From NCBI GenBank assembly GCA_021733835.1, contig JAIPKD010000005.1, positions 5,192 through 69,191 of the forward strand: DNA of 64,000 bases, given 5' to 3'. Both the position numbers and the translations under genes were made by a program. The notes beneath the pieces are model-generated. The model was not told where the DNA came from and ran no database searches. It saw nothing but the letters and a program-made list of their open reading frames with translations. Positions 19,693 through 30,433 of the stretch are shown in pieces. Origin of the DNA: Verrucomicrobiota bacterium (lineage in GTDB: Bacteria; Verrucomicrobiota; Verrucomicrobiia; Limisphaerales; JAIPKD01). Each line of letters opens with the position of its first letter. Positions within the stretch are counted from its first letter, which is position 1.

Positions 19693-22002
19693 TTATAGCC
19701 TGATTCTGCCGAGCCTGAGCGCGTTGCCCACCACTGACACGGAGCTGAAGCTCATGGCCGCCGCGGCGATTACAGGGCTGAGCAGTAAGCCGAAGAATGG
19801 ATATAAAACGCCGGCGGCTATGGGGATGCCGATCATATTATAAATGAAGGCGAAAAAGAGGTTTTCCTTTATGTTCTTCATAGTCGCCCGGCTCAATCGA
19901 TATGCACCGGCGATACCGCGCAGGTCACCCTTAAGCAGGGTTATACCCGCGCTCTCCATTGCTATGTCCGTCCCCGCGCCCATCGCAATACCGATGTCCG
20001 CCAGGGCGAGAGCGGGCGCGTCGTTGATACCATCACCGGCCATCGCCACGTTGCATCCCTCGGTCTTCAATCTCTTTATCACCTCGCCCTTTTGCGTAGG
20101 CAGCACCTCGGCGATCACCTCGTCGATCCCCAGCTCACCTGCGACCGCCTCCGCGGTTGCGCGGCTGTCACCGGTCAGCATCACTATCCTTATGCCGTGA
20201 GCGCGAAGCGCATTCACCGCCTCGGCGGTAGTCGGCTTGATCGAATCCGATACGGCGAACATGCCCGCCGGTTTCCCGTTGAGCGCGGCAAACATGACTG
20301 TCCGTCCGCGATCCTTCATTTTTTGGGCTTCGCTTGTAAAAGTGGTGATATCTACTTCCAGCGAGTCCATCAGCGACTCGTTGCCGAAGGCCACGCGGTT
20401 TCCCGATACCACGCCGGTGACTCCCTTACCGGGAACGGCAGTGAAATCGGTTACTTCATCCAGTTCGAGCTTCCGTTCTTCTGCGGCGGTTTTCATAGCG
20501 GAAGCAAGCGGATGCTCGCTGGCATTTTCCAGAGAGCATACCTTTACGAGGACATCGTTCTCCTCAAAACCTGCAGCTACGCCGACCTCGTGCAGCCTCG
20601 GCTTCCCCTCGGTTATCGTCCCCGTCTTGTCAACCACGAGCGTATCCACCCGCTCCATCCGTTCCAACGCCTCGGCGTTCTTGATCAATACACCGGCATG
20701 CGCTCCGCGGCCGGTGCCGACCATGATCGACATCGGCGTCGCCAATCCAAGGGCGCATGGACACGCGATTATTAATACGGCCACGGCGTTGACCAATCCG
20801 AACGTCAGCGACGAACTGCCGCCGAAGACCGCCCATGCGATAAAGGTTATAACGGCGCAGACAATAACCGCCGGCACGAAATACGCCGCTACACTATCGG
20901 CAATACGTTGTATCGGCGCGCGGCTGCGCTGCGCATCGGTAACCATCTTCACTATCTGCGAAAGCAATGTCTCGCCGCCGACGCGTTGTGCACGGATAGT
21001 AAGAGCGCCGGAACCGTTGATACTCCCACCCGTAACGCCATCGCCGGTATGCTTTTCAACAGGCACCGGCTCACCGGTGAACATCGATTCATCAATCGCG
21101 CTCGCCCCGCTCATGACCAAACCGTCCACGGGTACCTTCTCGCCCGGCCGAATCCGCAGCACGTCATCGATCTCGATCTCCTCCAACGGGATATCCTCCT
21201 CAGTGCCGTCCGGACGCACTATTCGTCCTTTCTTGGGCGCTGCATCGAGCAACGCCCTAATGGCGCCGGACGTCTTCTCACGCGCCCGCAGTTCCAGCAC
21301 CTGACCGATTAGAACAAGCACAGTTATCATCGCGGCGGCATCGAAGTATGCCGGTACGGCGCCCGTTTCACCGCGAAAGGCATCGGGAAAAATGTCCGGC
21401 ATGAAAAAAGCGAAGATACTGTAAACATAAGACACGCCCACGCCCAAGCCGATAAGTGTGAACATGTTTAATCTTAAATTAACAATAGAACGCCACGCCC
21501 TTTGAAACAATGGCAGCCCCGACCATAAAACCACCGGCATCGAAAAAATGAACCCCACCCATCCAGCGGCGCCTTCAGGAATAATAACCCCAAGGTTGGT
21601 GGCGGAAATCATCTCTGAAAGTGCTGTTAAAAAAACCGGGATTGTGAGGATTAATCCGACCCAAAAGCGTCGCGACATATCCTTTAACTCGGGATTCTCC
21701 TCCTGTCCAGGCGACACACCCGCCGGCTCAAGCGCCATCCCGCAATCGGGACACGAGCCCGGCTTATCGCTCCGTACTTCCGGATGCATCGGACATGTCC
21801 AGACAGCCGCCTCCGGTACGGCTGCCTTCCGTTTTTCCTTCTTTTCTTTTCCAAGGAACTCACCGGGTAATTCCTTGAATTTCTTTAAGCAATGCCCGGA
21901 ACAGAAATAATACGTCTCACCCGAATACTCGAACGAACCCGCCGCGCTTTCCGGGTCCACGGACATCCCGCATACTGGGTCTATCTTGGATTTCGTCATC
22001 AT
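19693..22002 (-). CDS. copA: Cu(I)/Ag(I)-translocating P1B-type ATPase with YHS and heavy-metal-binding domains
   Basis: DPVCGM...YYFCSGHC (YHS); WTCPMHP...CPDCGM; TGE; [10 protein letters not shown]; DKTGT; [11 protein letters not shown]; YN and MSFSS motifs. Confidence 0.93.
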   Translation of the reverse strand: MMTKSKIDPVCGMSVDPESAAGSFEYSGETYYFCSGHCLKKFKELPGEFLGKEKKEKRKAAVPEAAVWTCPMHPEVRSDKPGSCPDCGMALEPAGVSPGQEENPELKDMSRRFWVGLILTIPVFLTALSEMISATNLGVIIPEGAAGWVGFIFSMPVVLWSGLPLFQRAWRSIVNLRLNMFTLIGLGVGVSYVYSIFAFFMPDIFPDAFRGETGAVPAYFDAAAMITVLVLIGQVLELRAREKTSGAIRALLDAAPKKGRIVRPDGTEEDIPLEEIEIDDVLRIRPGEKVPVDGLVMSGASAIDESMFTGEPVPVEKHTGDGVTGGSINGSGALTIRAQRVGGETLLSQIVKMVTDAQRSRAPIQRIADSVAAYFVPAVIVCAVITFIAWAVFGGSSSLTFGLVNAVAVLIIACPCALGLATPMSIMVGTGRGAHAGVLIKNAEALERMERVDTLVVDKTGTITEGKPRLHEVGVAAGFEENDVLVKVCSLENASEHPLASAMKTAAEERKLELDEVTDFTAVPGKGVTGVVSGNRVAFGNESLMDSLEVDITTFTSEAQKMKDRGRTVMFAALNGKPAGMFAVSDSIKPTTAEAVNALRAHGIRIVMLTGDSRATAEAVAGELGIDEVIAEVLPTQKGEVIKRLKTEGCNVAMAGDGINDAPALALADIGIAMGAGTDIAMESAGITLLKGDLRGIAGAYRLSRATMKNIKENLFFAFIYNMIGIPIAAGVLYPFFGLLLSPVIAAAAMSFSSVSVVGNALRLGRIRL

Positions 22003-22020
22003 TAAGGGCTAGTGATTAAT

Positions 22021-22063
22021 TGCTTAAAAAGCTAATAAACAACGACATTTATCAGAATAAACT
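22021..22063 (+). repeat. 43-bp dispersed element, copy 1
   Basis: tgcttaaaaagctaataaacaacgacatttatcagaataaact matches 52796-52838 at 38/43 positions, ungapped. Confidence 0.75.
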
Positions 22064-22069
22064 ATCCCT

Positions 22070-22153
22070 GTGGTTAAGCTGTTATGGGCTGAAAAGTTTT
22101 AAGTGTTCGGAGATCGGATGTCGTTCACGTTCACGTTCGCGTTACCGATTTCC
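22070..22153 (+). repeat. Composite 8-mer-type (GTGGTTAAGC...TTAAGTGTT) and hexamer (CGTTCA/CGATTT-type) array
   Basis: GTGGTTAAGC-N-GTTA and TTAAGTGTT are shared with 42082-42110; CGTTCACGTTCACGTT (22122-22137) is shared with 30398. Confidence 0.6.
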
Positions 22154-22241
22154 GCGGCCATTTCTAATGCCTAATTATCGTAACCTTTACTTCCATGCTC
22201 CAACGGTGAACTATAGGATATTATAATCGATACGCAAATTT

Positions 22242-25200
22242 CTATTCCGACAGCAGCTCCTGAATCTCTTGCCACGATAAGCTTGAAGCCAGGCTTTCCT
22301 CGTCGCCCAACGCGCCGGAAATCAGTGCCTTCTTCTTTTCCTGGAGTTTCAGTATCTTTTCTTCTACCGAGTTCCTGGTGATCACCTTGTAGCTTGTAAC
22401 GACCCGTTCTTGTCCAATCCTATGGGCGCGGTCTGTTGCCTGATTCTCCACCGCCGGATTCCACCATGGATCGAAATGTATAATCGTATCCGCTGCCGAT
22501 AGGTTCAATCCCACACCGCCCGCTTTAAGGCTCAAGAGGAAAACGGGGATTCGCGAATTATTCTGGAATTCGTTCACCACACGTTCCCTGTCCTTGGTTT
22601 GACCGTCCATGTAACAATAATCCAGCTCCATGACCGCAAGCTCATTTTCCAACAGTCTAAGCATCTGCACGAATTGACTGAAAACAATCACTCGATGCCC
22701 GCCGTCGATAACTTCCTCGATCAATTCCCTGAACAACTCCAATTTACCGGAGGCCTTTTTGAATTCGAGACCGGAGTCCTTCAGCAGCCTGAGATCACAG
22801 CAAATCTGTCTTAACCTCAAAAGCGCCGTAAACACCATCATCCGGCTCCGGCCTGTATCACCGGCGGCATTGACGATCTCGGATCGGGCGGCCTTGAGTA
22901 CGGCGTCGTACACCGCCGCCTGTTCGCCGTTCATTTCACAAAACAATGTCTGCTCTATCTTATCCGGCAATTCAGAGGCGACATCACGCTTGAGGCGTCT
23001 CAGGATAAACGGGCGTACTCGGCGTGCGAGCCGCGACTTTGTTTCCGGATGATCCTCGCGCGTTATCGGGGTTTCATAGCGCTCGCTGAAATCACGCGCC
23101 GACCCGAGGTAACCCGGCATTAAAAAATCAAATATCGACCAAATATCCAGCACGGAGTTCTCCAATGGCGTCCCAGTTAATACTACCCGTTGATTGGCCT
23201 TTATAGCCTTTACGGACTGCGAATTCTGCGTCTGCCGATTTTTTATATGCTGCGCCTCGTCCAGTACAAGCAAATCGAATTCATGCTCCTTATACCGCGC
23301 CAGGTCGCGTCTGACCAACGCGTAGCTCGTTATGATTAGATCGTGGTCTTTAATTAAGTCAAACTTAGGGCGTCGCCCCGGCCCGTGCAGGATAAGGACG
23401 CGCAATCGCGGTGTGAACCTCTCGGCCTCGGCGGCCCAATTGAAGACGAGACTTGTGGGGCATACCACAAGCGACGGCGGTCTTCTATCGTCACAGCGTT
23501 CGGAATCGTTCGAGGTCGAAGAAGCACCGGCAATCGCGTTCAAAAAAGCCAGCACCTGCAATGTCTTACCGAGCCCCATCTCATCGGCCAGCACACCCCC
23601 GAATCCGTTGTTCCTTAAAAACTCCAACCACACCACACCCTGTTTCTGATAGCCGCGCAGCACCTCCGCCAGTCCATGGTAATCGAATGTTGAGGTATCT
23701 CTTATCGCCGACGGGTGCCCGGCCTTTTCCAGCCATCCGGCCGGTGCATTCAATTTCCATTCCGGATGCTCCGAGACAGTCGAGTTCAGGAATCCAGCCT
23801 GCGCGGCGCTGACCTTATAAACACCTGAGTGCTGTTTCGGCGCGCAATCCCTTAGCGTTTCCTCAAGCTCCGCAATAGCGGTCGTGTCGAAAAGAAGAGT
23901 TCTTCCGTCGGACAACCGCTTATACCCCTTTCCCGTAACAAGCAGCTTTTGCGCATCGGCGAAAGAAAAGTTATCACCGCCGGACACGCCGAAATCCACC
24001 GACAAGTCGAACCAGTTTTCCCCGGACGCCGATACATTGACTTTCGGTTCCACGTACTCGACTTTACGATTGAACCTAGCTTCAAACCTCTCTTCGAATG
24101 AGACGTCCCAGTGTTTTTTCAACGCCGGCAGTTCACGCGCAAAAAAATTCAACACCGTATCCTGTCCGTGCAAAACTAATCGTCCACGCTCGTCGGGCGC
24201 ACTGAACCCGGCGCGGACAAGCCGCGCAACCGCCCGCCTCTCCAGGGCGGTATCTCTGGCAATGTATTTATATGGATTCCGCGCATCCGGAATCCAACCC
24301 TGCTCACCCCCCTCTTCATCAACGGCGGCGAACATAGTTGAACCATATTTAAACCGAACAACCGCCTCGAGGATTGCGAGGCCGCCGCTTAGGTGCAGGC
24401 ATACATCAGGCGCAGCTGTTTCGCATTTGAAATCGGCTATATTGAAATCAGCCCGGATATGCTCGGACGGAAGCATCGAGATTTCTGAAAGAAACGCAGG
24501 CACACGCTCGCGACTGATCCTAATTTTCGTTTCGAGGTTATCTCCGGAAAAATGCGGCAACGCACAGCGCTGGATAACGCCATCCCTTAATACCCACGTC
24601 TTCTCGGCATGAAAAACGCGCATACGCCCGCCGGCCGCTTCAACGACGGCAGTGATCTCTCCATTGGATTCGAGCCGTAAACGCAACGGCGGCGTCCAGG
24701 GCTTGTTGCAAATCTCCATCTTCCGCGACTTACCGACCGTGACTCGTGGATGCCCGCTCAAATTTTCCAAGAGCGAACAAAAATCGAATAATCCAAGTTG
24801 AACCATGGCCGGCGTCTCTCCTCCGGAAAGCGTATCGATAAAGTCAAATAAACGTATGTCCGCATCGTCCAAGCCGAACGTCATATCCCCCGGCAACGTG
24901 TTCAACGGCCGGCGCCCCGCCGCCCACTTCGCCTCGAACACCACCATGATCCTGCCGCGCGACAACGCATCACTCAAGTTCGGCGGCAGGATGACGTTGA
25001 TCTGGAGCGGCTCACCACCCTCCGCCGACGCCACTCTGGATATGGTCTTTCCTCCCGACCCCTGACGGAGACCCCGCCTTTCCCGCCCCGCGGGTGTCTT
25101 CGCATTGGCTTGTTGAACATGCCCGGCACGCTGTTCGTCCCCAGCCGATTCCTCCGCAAGACGCCGCTGAATATGGTGGAGTCCTACCGCAACCGAGTGC

Positions 25201-25445
25201 GCACAAATCATCCCCGCCCCCCGGGACTGCCGGCACGAGCAGATATTATCTATATCGATCTCGCCGTTGACAACCAGGCCGGCACGGTATGTGGTCGTCC
25301 CCTCGCGCACCGCACCCTTGAGCACGGGCGGCGACCAGTTCGAGCTAAGCGCTTGCCCGGACGCCACGATCACCCGCGCCCTTTTCATTACCTCCCAGCC
25401 GCCGATGCGGGCGAGAAAATTCTCTGTAATTCCCTTCTCTTCCAT
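22242..25445 (-). CDS. SNF2-family helicase with N-terminal SWIM zinc finger
   Basis: CSC...CAH (SWIM); GGVLADEMGLGKT; LVLDEAQHIKN; LTGTPLEN; FLLSLKAGGVGLNL; QATDRAHRIGQ. Start could be 25478. Confidence 0.92.
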   Translation of the reverse strand: MEEKGITENFLARIGGWEVMKRARVIVASGQALSSNWSPPVLKGAVREGTTTYRAGLVVNGEIDIDNICSCRQSRGAGMICAHSVAVGLHHIQRRLAEESAGDEQRAGHVQQANAKTPAGRERRGLRQGSGGKTISRVASAEGGEPLQINVILPPNLSDALSRGRIMVVFEAKWAAGRRPLNTLPGDMTFGLDDADIRLFDFIDTLSGGETPAMVQLGLFDFCSLLENLSGHPRVTVGKSRKMEICNKPWTPPLRLRLESNGEITAVVEAAGGRMRVFHAEKTWVLRDGVIQRCALPHFSGDNLETKIRISRERVPAFLSEISMLPSEHIRADFNIADFKCETAAPDVCLHLSGGLAILEAVVRFKYGSTMFAAVDEEGGEQGWIPDARNPYKYIARDTALERRAVARLVRAGFSAPDERGRLVLHGQDTVLNFFARELPALKKHWDVSFEERFEARFNRKVEYVEPKVNVSASGENWFDLSVDFGVSGGDNFSFADAQKLLVTGKGYKRLSDGRTLLFDTTAIAELEETLRDCAPKQHSGVYKVSAAQAGFLNSTVSEHPEWKLNAPAGWLEKAGHPSAIRDTSTFDYHGLAEVLRGYQKQGVVWLEFLRNNGFGGVLADEMGLGKTLQVLAFLNAIAGASSTSNDSERCDDRRPPSLVVCPTSLVFNWAAEAERFTPRLRVLILHGPGRRPKFDLIKDHDLIITSYALVRRDLARYKEHEFDLLVLDEAQHIKNRQTQNSQSVKAIKANQRVVLTGTPLENSVLDIWSIFDFLMPGYLGSARDFSERYETPITREDHPETKSRLARRVRPFILRRLKRDVASELPDKIEQTLFCEMNGEQAAVYDAVLKAARSEIVNAAGDTGRSRMMVFTALLRLRQICCDLRLLKDSGLEFKKASGKLELFRELIEEVIDGGHRVIVFSQFVQMLRLLENELAVMELDYCYMDGQTKDRERVVNEFQNNSRIPVFLLSLKAGGVGLNLSAADTIIHFDPWWNPAVENQATDRAHRIGQERVVTSYKVITRNSVEEKILKLQEKKKALISGALGDEESLASSLSWQEIQELLSE

Positions 25446-25672
25446 CCGCTTTAAGTCTGCAACACCGCTATCGATCACTGGAAGTAAAAAATCTATTCTT
25501 GATGGCGCGACTCCTATCCACCCCGGGTGTTCGTATCAAATGGGAATTCAAGGATTCAATCAAACCCGGGATATTATTTCGGGTTTTAACTTAATATCGG
25601 ATAAAGCCGGAATTTACCACAATTCCGGGGTTACGGTTGATTTAATGGCTATTTCAAGGCAATGATTCCATC

Positions 25673-26194
25673 ATGACTGAAGAAGTCTATGACGTAGTGG
25701 ACGAGCAAAATGAAGTAATCGGCGCCGCATCGCGCAGCGAGATTCACCGACGCGGACTCAATCATCGTTCGGCGCATGTGCTTGTGTTCAACAACGCCGG
25801 ACACGTATATCTCCAAAAGCGTTCCATGAAAAAGGACACATTCCCCGGCGCTTGGGACTCCTCGGCCGCCGGTCATATCGATCGCGGTGAATCCTATGAG
25901 CACGGCGCAGTCAGGGAATTAAAGGAAGAACTCGGAATAAGCCGCCCCCCTGCCCTCGAATACCTATTCTCACTCTCGGCGTCACCGGCAACAGGCAACG
26001 AGTTCGTGCGCATATACAAATGCACAGCCAACGGCCCGTTCACGCATCCACCCGATGAAATCGATTACGGCAAATGGTTTACCTATGAAGAGGTGGATCG
26101 CGAAATTAAACGTAATCCCTCCGGATTCGCAGACGCATTCCTACTTATTTGGCCTATTTACAGGGAAAGCTTCACGCCCAAGGACGATAAATAA
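25673..26194 (+). CDS. NUDIX hydrolase (IPP-isomerase type 1-like)
   Basis: HRSAHVLVFN...LQKRSMKKD.FPGAWDSSAAGH and Nudix box GESYEHGAVRELKEELG. Confidence 0.85.
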   Translation: MTEEVYDVVDEQNEVIGAASRSEIHRRGLNHRSAHVLVFNNAGHVYLQKRSMKKDTFPGAWDSSAAGHIDRGESYEHGAVRELKEELGISRPPALEYLFSLSASPATGNEFVRIYKCTANGPFTHPPDEIDYGKWFTYEEVDREIKRNPSGFADAFLLIWPIYRESFTPKDDK

Positions 26195-26222
26195 GCGTCT
26201 TACCCAAGGAATCCGAATATCA

Positions 26223-26981
26223 TCATCCCCGCACGATGCATCCGTCCTCACGAGACAAGACTCCCACGAAATCGATGACGTCCCGTCGCGAGCAGAACAA
26301 CACGTCGTCGCGAAGATGCGGATCACTCGTCAGACGTCTACCATTCCTCGATGATTCGATTACGGACAACATGTCGCCGTTGGAACGCCTAAATATTTCA
26401 CGTGCAATAAGGACTGAGTCCGACTTCGCGGCGTCGCCGATGCGCTCCCACACGGAGTCTATCAGGGCGCCGGCCGCCATGACATCCTCCAGCGCGGTTT
26501 GTTCCAGGGTACCTGCGCAGACGATTATCAGTTCGCTCGCGTGCGTATGCATAATATATTCCCGCAGCGCGTCCAAGTTTAGGATCGCCCCGGCCAGTAC
26601 ATGCTTTGCTGTGGCACACGCGCCCAAGGCCCGAGTCCCATTTGTAGTGGTCATTATTATCCGCCGCCCGTTTACACGCGCTCGAGTGAACTCCCGCGGA
26701 GAATTTCCCAAGTCGAACTCGACACCGCCGGATACATCGGCGCTTATTCTCACACCGTTACGCTCCCCGGCAAGAAGGGCATCCGGCATGGTACGCCGCA
26801 TGTCAACGGCCTCGTCGATTCTAGAAGCTGGAATAACGCACGACGCGCCATTGAATAACGCGGTCAACATGGAACTGGTCGCCCTGAGAACATCAAAGAC
26901 CACGCACAAGGTGTCACTCAAATCGCGACCGCGCAAAGAATCAAACTCGTACGGTGACAGCAGTACTTCAACCGATTTCAT
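26223..26981 (-). CDS. comB: 2-phosphosulfolactate phosphatase family protein
   Basis: VVFDVLRATS, LAGER, DLGNSP, MTTTNGT, EDVMAAG. Confidence 0.88.
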   Translation of the reverse strand: MKSVEVLLSPYEFDSLRGRDLSDTLCVVFDVLRATSSMLTALFNGASCVIPASRIDEAVDMRRTMPDALLAGERNGVRISADVSGGVEFDLGNSPREFTRARVNGRRIIMTTTNGTRALGACATAKHVLAGAILNLDALREYIMHTHASELIIVCAGTLEQTALEDVMAAGALIDSVWERIGDAAKSDSVLIAREIFRRSNGDMLSVIESSRNGRRLTSDPHLRDDVLFCSRRDVIDFVGVLSREDGCIVRG

Positions 26982-27001
26982 CCATTACTCCATTTAAAGA
27001 A

Positions 27002-28465
27002 TTAGTATTCCTCCGAATTCCCATCATCATCAATTTCACCCTCCACTTTCGAGCGTATCCCGCCATGCTTCAGCCTGGTTATAATGGAGCGTCCGGGCGC
27101 TACATCATCGGCGTATCTGACAACCTTGCCGGTTTTTTCGTCTAAAGTGATTGAATATCCGCGCGAGAGTACATTAAACGGAGATAGGAGGCGAAGACGC
27201 GATTCCAAGCTGTCCACCGTGTTCCTGAATTCCGAAGCCCTGACCCTCATCAGTTCGCTAATTCGCCGATGGTAATCCGCCAATTCCTTCCTCGATAAAT
27301 CGATCTTCCGCGACGGCCGGACCAGATTAAATCTGTTCACATACTCGTTCCACTGCCTGGTCTTATCCCGTAAAGTCCAGCGGATGTTTCTGCCCATTAC
27401 CGACTCGAAATCATCGAGCAATTGTAGGCGTTCTTGGACGCGTTTCATCGGGTGCGCGCGTTTCAAACGGTCTCCCCACCGCATTAGTCTTTCGTCGGCA
27501 AACGACAAGAACCGCTCCAGCACCCTGCCTGACCGCGCGTTCAATTCGATGATTTCATTAAGACCGGAAACGAATCCCTCCGTCAGCATCTCCGCCGCCG
27601 CGCTCGGCGTCGCCGCTCGCGCGTCGGCGACGAAATCGCTTATGGTGAAATCAATCTCGTGTCCGACAGCGGATACCACCGGGAGTCTTGAATTGAATAT
27701 CGCGCGCGCCACTTCCTCCTCATTGAACGCCCATAAATCCTCGAGGCTGCCGCCGCCGCGCGTGATCAGAATTACATCCAGTCTCTGACCCATCGCCTTG
27801 CCGGCAGCCGCATCGGGCATAACGTCTACTCCTGAAAAAGCGAACGCGTTCAATGCATTGATTGAATGGGCTATCTGAACCGATGCGCCGGCGCCCTGGA
27901 CGCTACACGGGGCCAAGACAATTGTCAGCGCTCGGTATCGTCGCTCAATGACATGCAATACGTCGCGGATCGCAGCGCCCGAAGAGGATGTGACAAGTCC
28001 GATCCGCTCCGGGTATCGAGGGATCGGCCGTTTCCGTTCCGGCGCGAACAAACCTTCCGCCTCGAGCTTCTTTTTCAGTCGTTCAAACGCAAGCTGCAGC
28101 TCGCCGATCCCACGCAACTCGATATCAGTCACAACCAGCTGATACTGTCCACGCGGCTCATAAACCGTTAACTCACCCTTCAATACAAGCTGACGTCCGT
28201 CCTCGAGCAATTCACCCTTGTTCCGCGCACGGCTTCGGAACATAACGCAGTTCAGCTGTGAGCGCGCATCCTTGATGGAAAAATACACATGCCCGGAGCC
28301 GTGTTGACGCAGGTTCGTTACTTCGCCGATAACCCGGACTTGCCTGAAATTATCCTCGAGCAACGATTTCACCTTGGACGTCAATTCGCCAACGCCCCAA
28401 ATACGCTGCGGCTCGGAGTCCGAGAGCATGTGCGCGAAGTCCAACTGCGATTTCATCCGATCCAT
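27002..28465 (-). CDS. xseA: Exodeoxyribonuclease VII large subunit
   Basis: GEVTNL..HGSGHVYFSIKD, RGGGSLEDLWAFNEE, SAVGHEIDFTISDFVAD, TPSAAAE, LSPFNVLSRGYS. Start at 28465 or 28456. Confidence 0.95.
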   Translation of the reverse strand: MDRMKSQLDFAHMLSDSEPQRIWGVGELTSKVKSLLEDNFRQVRVIGEVTNLRQHGSGHVYFSIKDARSQLNCVMFRSRARNKGELLEDGRQLVLKGELTVYEPRGQYQLVVTDIELRGIGELQLAFERLKKKLEAEGLFAPERKRPIPRYPERIGLVTSSSGAAIRDVLHVIERRYRALTIVLAPCSVQGAGASVQIAHSINALNAFAFSGVDVMPDAAAGKAMGQRLDVILITRGGGSLEDLWAFNEEEVARAIFNSRLPVVSAVGHEIDFTISDFVADARAATPSAAAEMLTEGFVSGLNEIIELNARSGRVLERFLSFADERLMRWGDRLKRAHPMKRVQERLQLLDDFESVMGRNIRWTLRDKTRQWNEYVNRFNLVRPSRKIDLSRKELADYHRRISELMRVRASEFRNTVDSLESRLRLLSPFNVLSRGYSITLDEKTGKVVRYADDVAPGRSIITRLKHGGIRSKVEGEIDDDGNSEEY

Positions 28466-28484
28466 ATATTTATATAAATAGAGT

Positions 28485-29270
28485 TTACACCTCCAGTACC
28501 TCCGAAACCCTGGAAACGGCCAAGGCGCGGCCGGTATCTTCATCGATATCGATCAACACGCCCTGCAACCGCAAACCTTTCTTCGCCACGTCAAACTTCT
28601 GAGGTAATACGGTAACAAATCTCTTGATGATAGGCTCGATCTCGCGTCCAAGCACGCTCTCGTGCGCACCGGTGAACCCGGCGTCACACAAAAACGCCGT
28701 GCCGCCGGGGAATATCGTCTCATCGGCCGTCTGCACGTGCGTATGGGTACCGATCACCGCGCTCACACCACCGTCCAGGTAGCGGCCCAGCGCGATCTTT
28801 TCGGACGTCGCCTCTGCATGGAAGTCCACCAGGATCAGATTTGTGGTCTGTCTGATCTTCATCATTGCTTCGGTTGCGCGAGAAAAGGGATTCTCGAGCC
28901 CCGGCATAAACGTTACTCCTTGTAAATTCAACACTCCAAGCGACGGTCTATTCGCTACCCGTACGAAGCCGAATCCGTTCCCCGGCGCGCCGTCGGGATA
29001 ATTATACGGCCTGAGCAACCGCGGCTCGCTGTCGATGTCCTTCATTATCTCCTTTTGATCCCATACATGATCGCCTGAAGTGATTAAATCGACTCCCGCC
29101 GAGAAAACCTCGTTTGCCGTTTTCAACGTAATACCGGCGCCACCGGCGGCGTTCTCGCCATTGGCGACCACCGCATCGGCGTATAAACGCTCGCGCAATC
29201 CCGGTAGAAGTTCGCGCACCAGACGTCTGCCGGGCGAGCCCACGATATCTCCGATAAACAATACCCTCAC
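28485..29270 (-). CDS. ymdB: YmdB-family (TIGR00282) metallophosphoesterase
   Basis: GTG start at 29270, (M)RVLFIGDIVG; NGENAAGG; TSGDHVWD; VDFHAEATSEK; GTHTHV. Confidence 0.92.
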   Translation of the reverse strand: MRVLFIGDIVGSPGRRLVRELLPGLRERLYADAVVANGENAAGGAGITLKTANEVFSAGVDLITSGDHVWDQKEIMKDIDSEPRLLRPYNYPDGAPGNGFGFVRVANRPSLGVLNLQGVTFMPGLENPFSRATEAMMKIRQTTNLILVDFHAEATSEKIALGRYLDGGVSAVIGTHTHVQTADETIFPGGTAFLCDAGFTGAHESVLGREIEPIIKRFVTVLPQKFDVAKKGLRLQGVLIDIDEDTGRALAVSRVSEVLEV

Positions 29271-29342
29271 GCCGTAAAAGACTAACGTTGATCGAGATGT
29301 TGGCAAGGAAAACGAAATCCGCGCAGGCCGCAATGCCGCAAA

Positions 29343-30293
29343 TTACTCGAACCTCATTCCTTCCCTAATACCTGTACCGGATAGGAACTCGCGTGCTGAC
29401 ATCCGGCGTTTACCTTCGCGTTGAATCGACAGGATTCTCAGTGCGCCGGCGCCGCAGGTGACAATGAAGTCATCATGCCATGCCCTGACCACCGTACCGG
29501 CGGGAGACCCTGCAAGGTCGATCTCCTCGACCTCCCAAAACTTGACGTACACCCTGCGCGCGTCTTCCGGCATGAACGCAAAAGCCCCCGGCCACGGCGT
29601 AAGCGCCCTGACCTGATTCTTCACCTTCGACGCAGGTTCCTCCCAATCAATCCGTCCGTCGTCCTTGACTATCTTCCTCGCATATGAAGCATCACTTTCA
29701 CTCTGCGGTTTAGGAATGATCCCGCCATCTACGTAGCCCGGTATTGTCTCGACCAATAATCCGGCGCCAAGCCGCGCCAGGCGGTCGTGTAAGGTCTGCG
29801 CATCGTCGGAATCATGGATAGGCGTTTTCCTAACGGCGAGGATGTCGCCGGTGTCCAATCCTTCATCCATCTTCATGATCGTCACGCCGGTTTGTTGATC
29901 GCCGTTTAATATCGCCCATTGAATGGGCGCGGCGCCACGGTGCCTCGGGAGGATTGAAGCGTGAACATTGATACAACCATAAGGTGGCAGCGACAGCACG
30001 GACGCCGGAACGATTTGTCCGTAAGCGGCCACTACAATTAAATCCGGGTTCAACCTTTCGAGTAATGCAATAGCATCCGGATGCCGCATTTTCTCCGGTT
30101 GAAACACTTCCAGTCCTAGACGCTCGGCCGTGACCTTCACCGGCGGCGGCTGCATGCGCATACGCCGTCCGCGCGGCTTATCAGGCTGCGTAATCACACC
30201 CTCTATGCTAAATTCATTTTTAGACGCAAGTGATTCCAGACTCGGACACGCCAGATCAGCCGTGCCCATGAAAACAATTCGAAGCTGCCCCAT
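29343..30293 (-). CDS. fmt: Methionyl-tRNA formyltransferase
   Basis: IVFMGT, VITQPDKPRGR, VVAAYGQI, INVHASILPRHRGAAPI, MDEGLDTGD. Confidence 0.96.
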   Translation of the reverse strand: MGQLRIVFMGTADLACPSLESLASKNEFSIEGVITQPDKPRGRRMRMQPPPVKVTAERLGLEVFQPEKMRHPDAIALLERLNPDLIVVAAYGQIVPASVLSLPPYGCINVHASILPRHRGAAPIQWAILNGDQQTGVTIMKMDEGLDTGDILAVRKTPIHDSDDAQTLHDRLARLGAGLLVETIPGYVDGGIIPKPQSESDASYARKIVKDDGRIDWEEPASKVKNQVRALTPWPGAFAFMPEDARRVYVKFWEVEEIDLAGSPAGTVVRAWHDDFIVTCGAGALRILSIQREGKRRMSAREFLSGTGIREGMRFE

Positions 30294-30383
30294 GCGTAAT
30301 TACATATCAATTAAACGGGCGCCTGTCAAAACAGCGATTTCCGCTCGTCCCAAAGTAAATTCGTGAATTAATTAGAAAGAAGT

Positions 30384-30433
30384 TTTGATTCCGGCTCCGT
30401 TCACGTTCACGTTCCCGATTCTGATTTTTCGAT
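30384..30433 (+). repeat. Hexamer-periodic array (GATTCC GGCTCC GTTCAC GTTCAC GTTCCC GATTCT GATTTT)
   Basis: Period-6 pattern containing CGTTCACGTTCACGTT at 30398-30413. Confidence 0.7.

Noticed and set aside
20092-24612. Long antisense ORFs in the track (e.g. 20237-21304, 23884-24612; also 40852-42105, 58304-59212)
   Set aside because: They overlap well-supported genes on the opposite strand and show no family motifs; typical shadow ORFs of GC-rich coding DNA.
26223-26981. comB as a sign of coenzyme M synthesis
   Set aside because: No comA, comC or comDE nearby; stand-alone ComB-family phosphatases are widespread.
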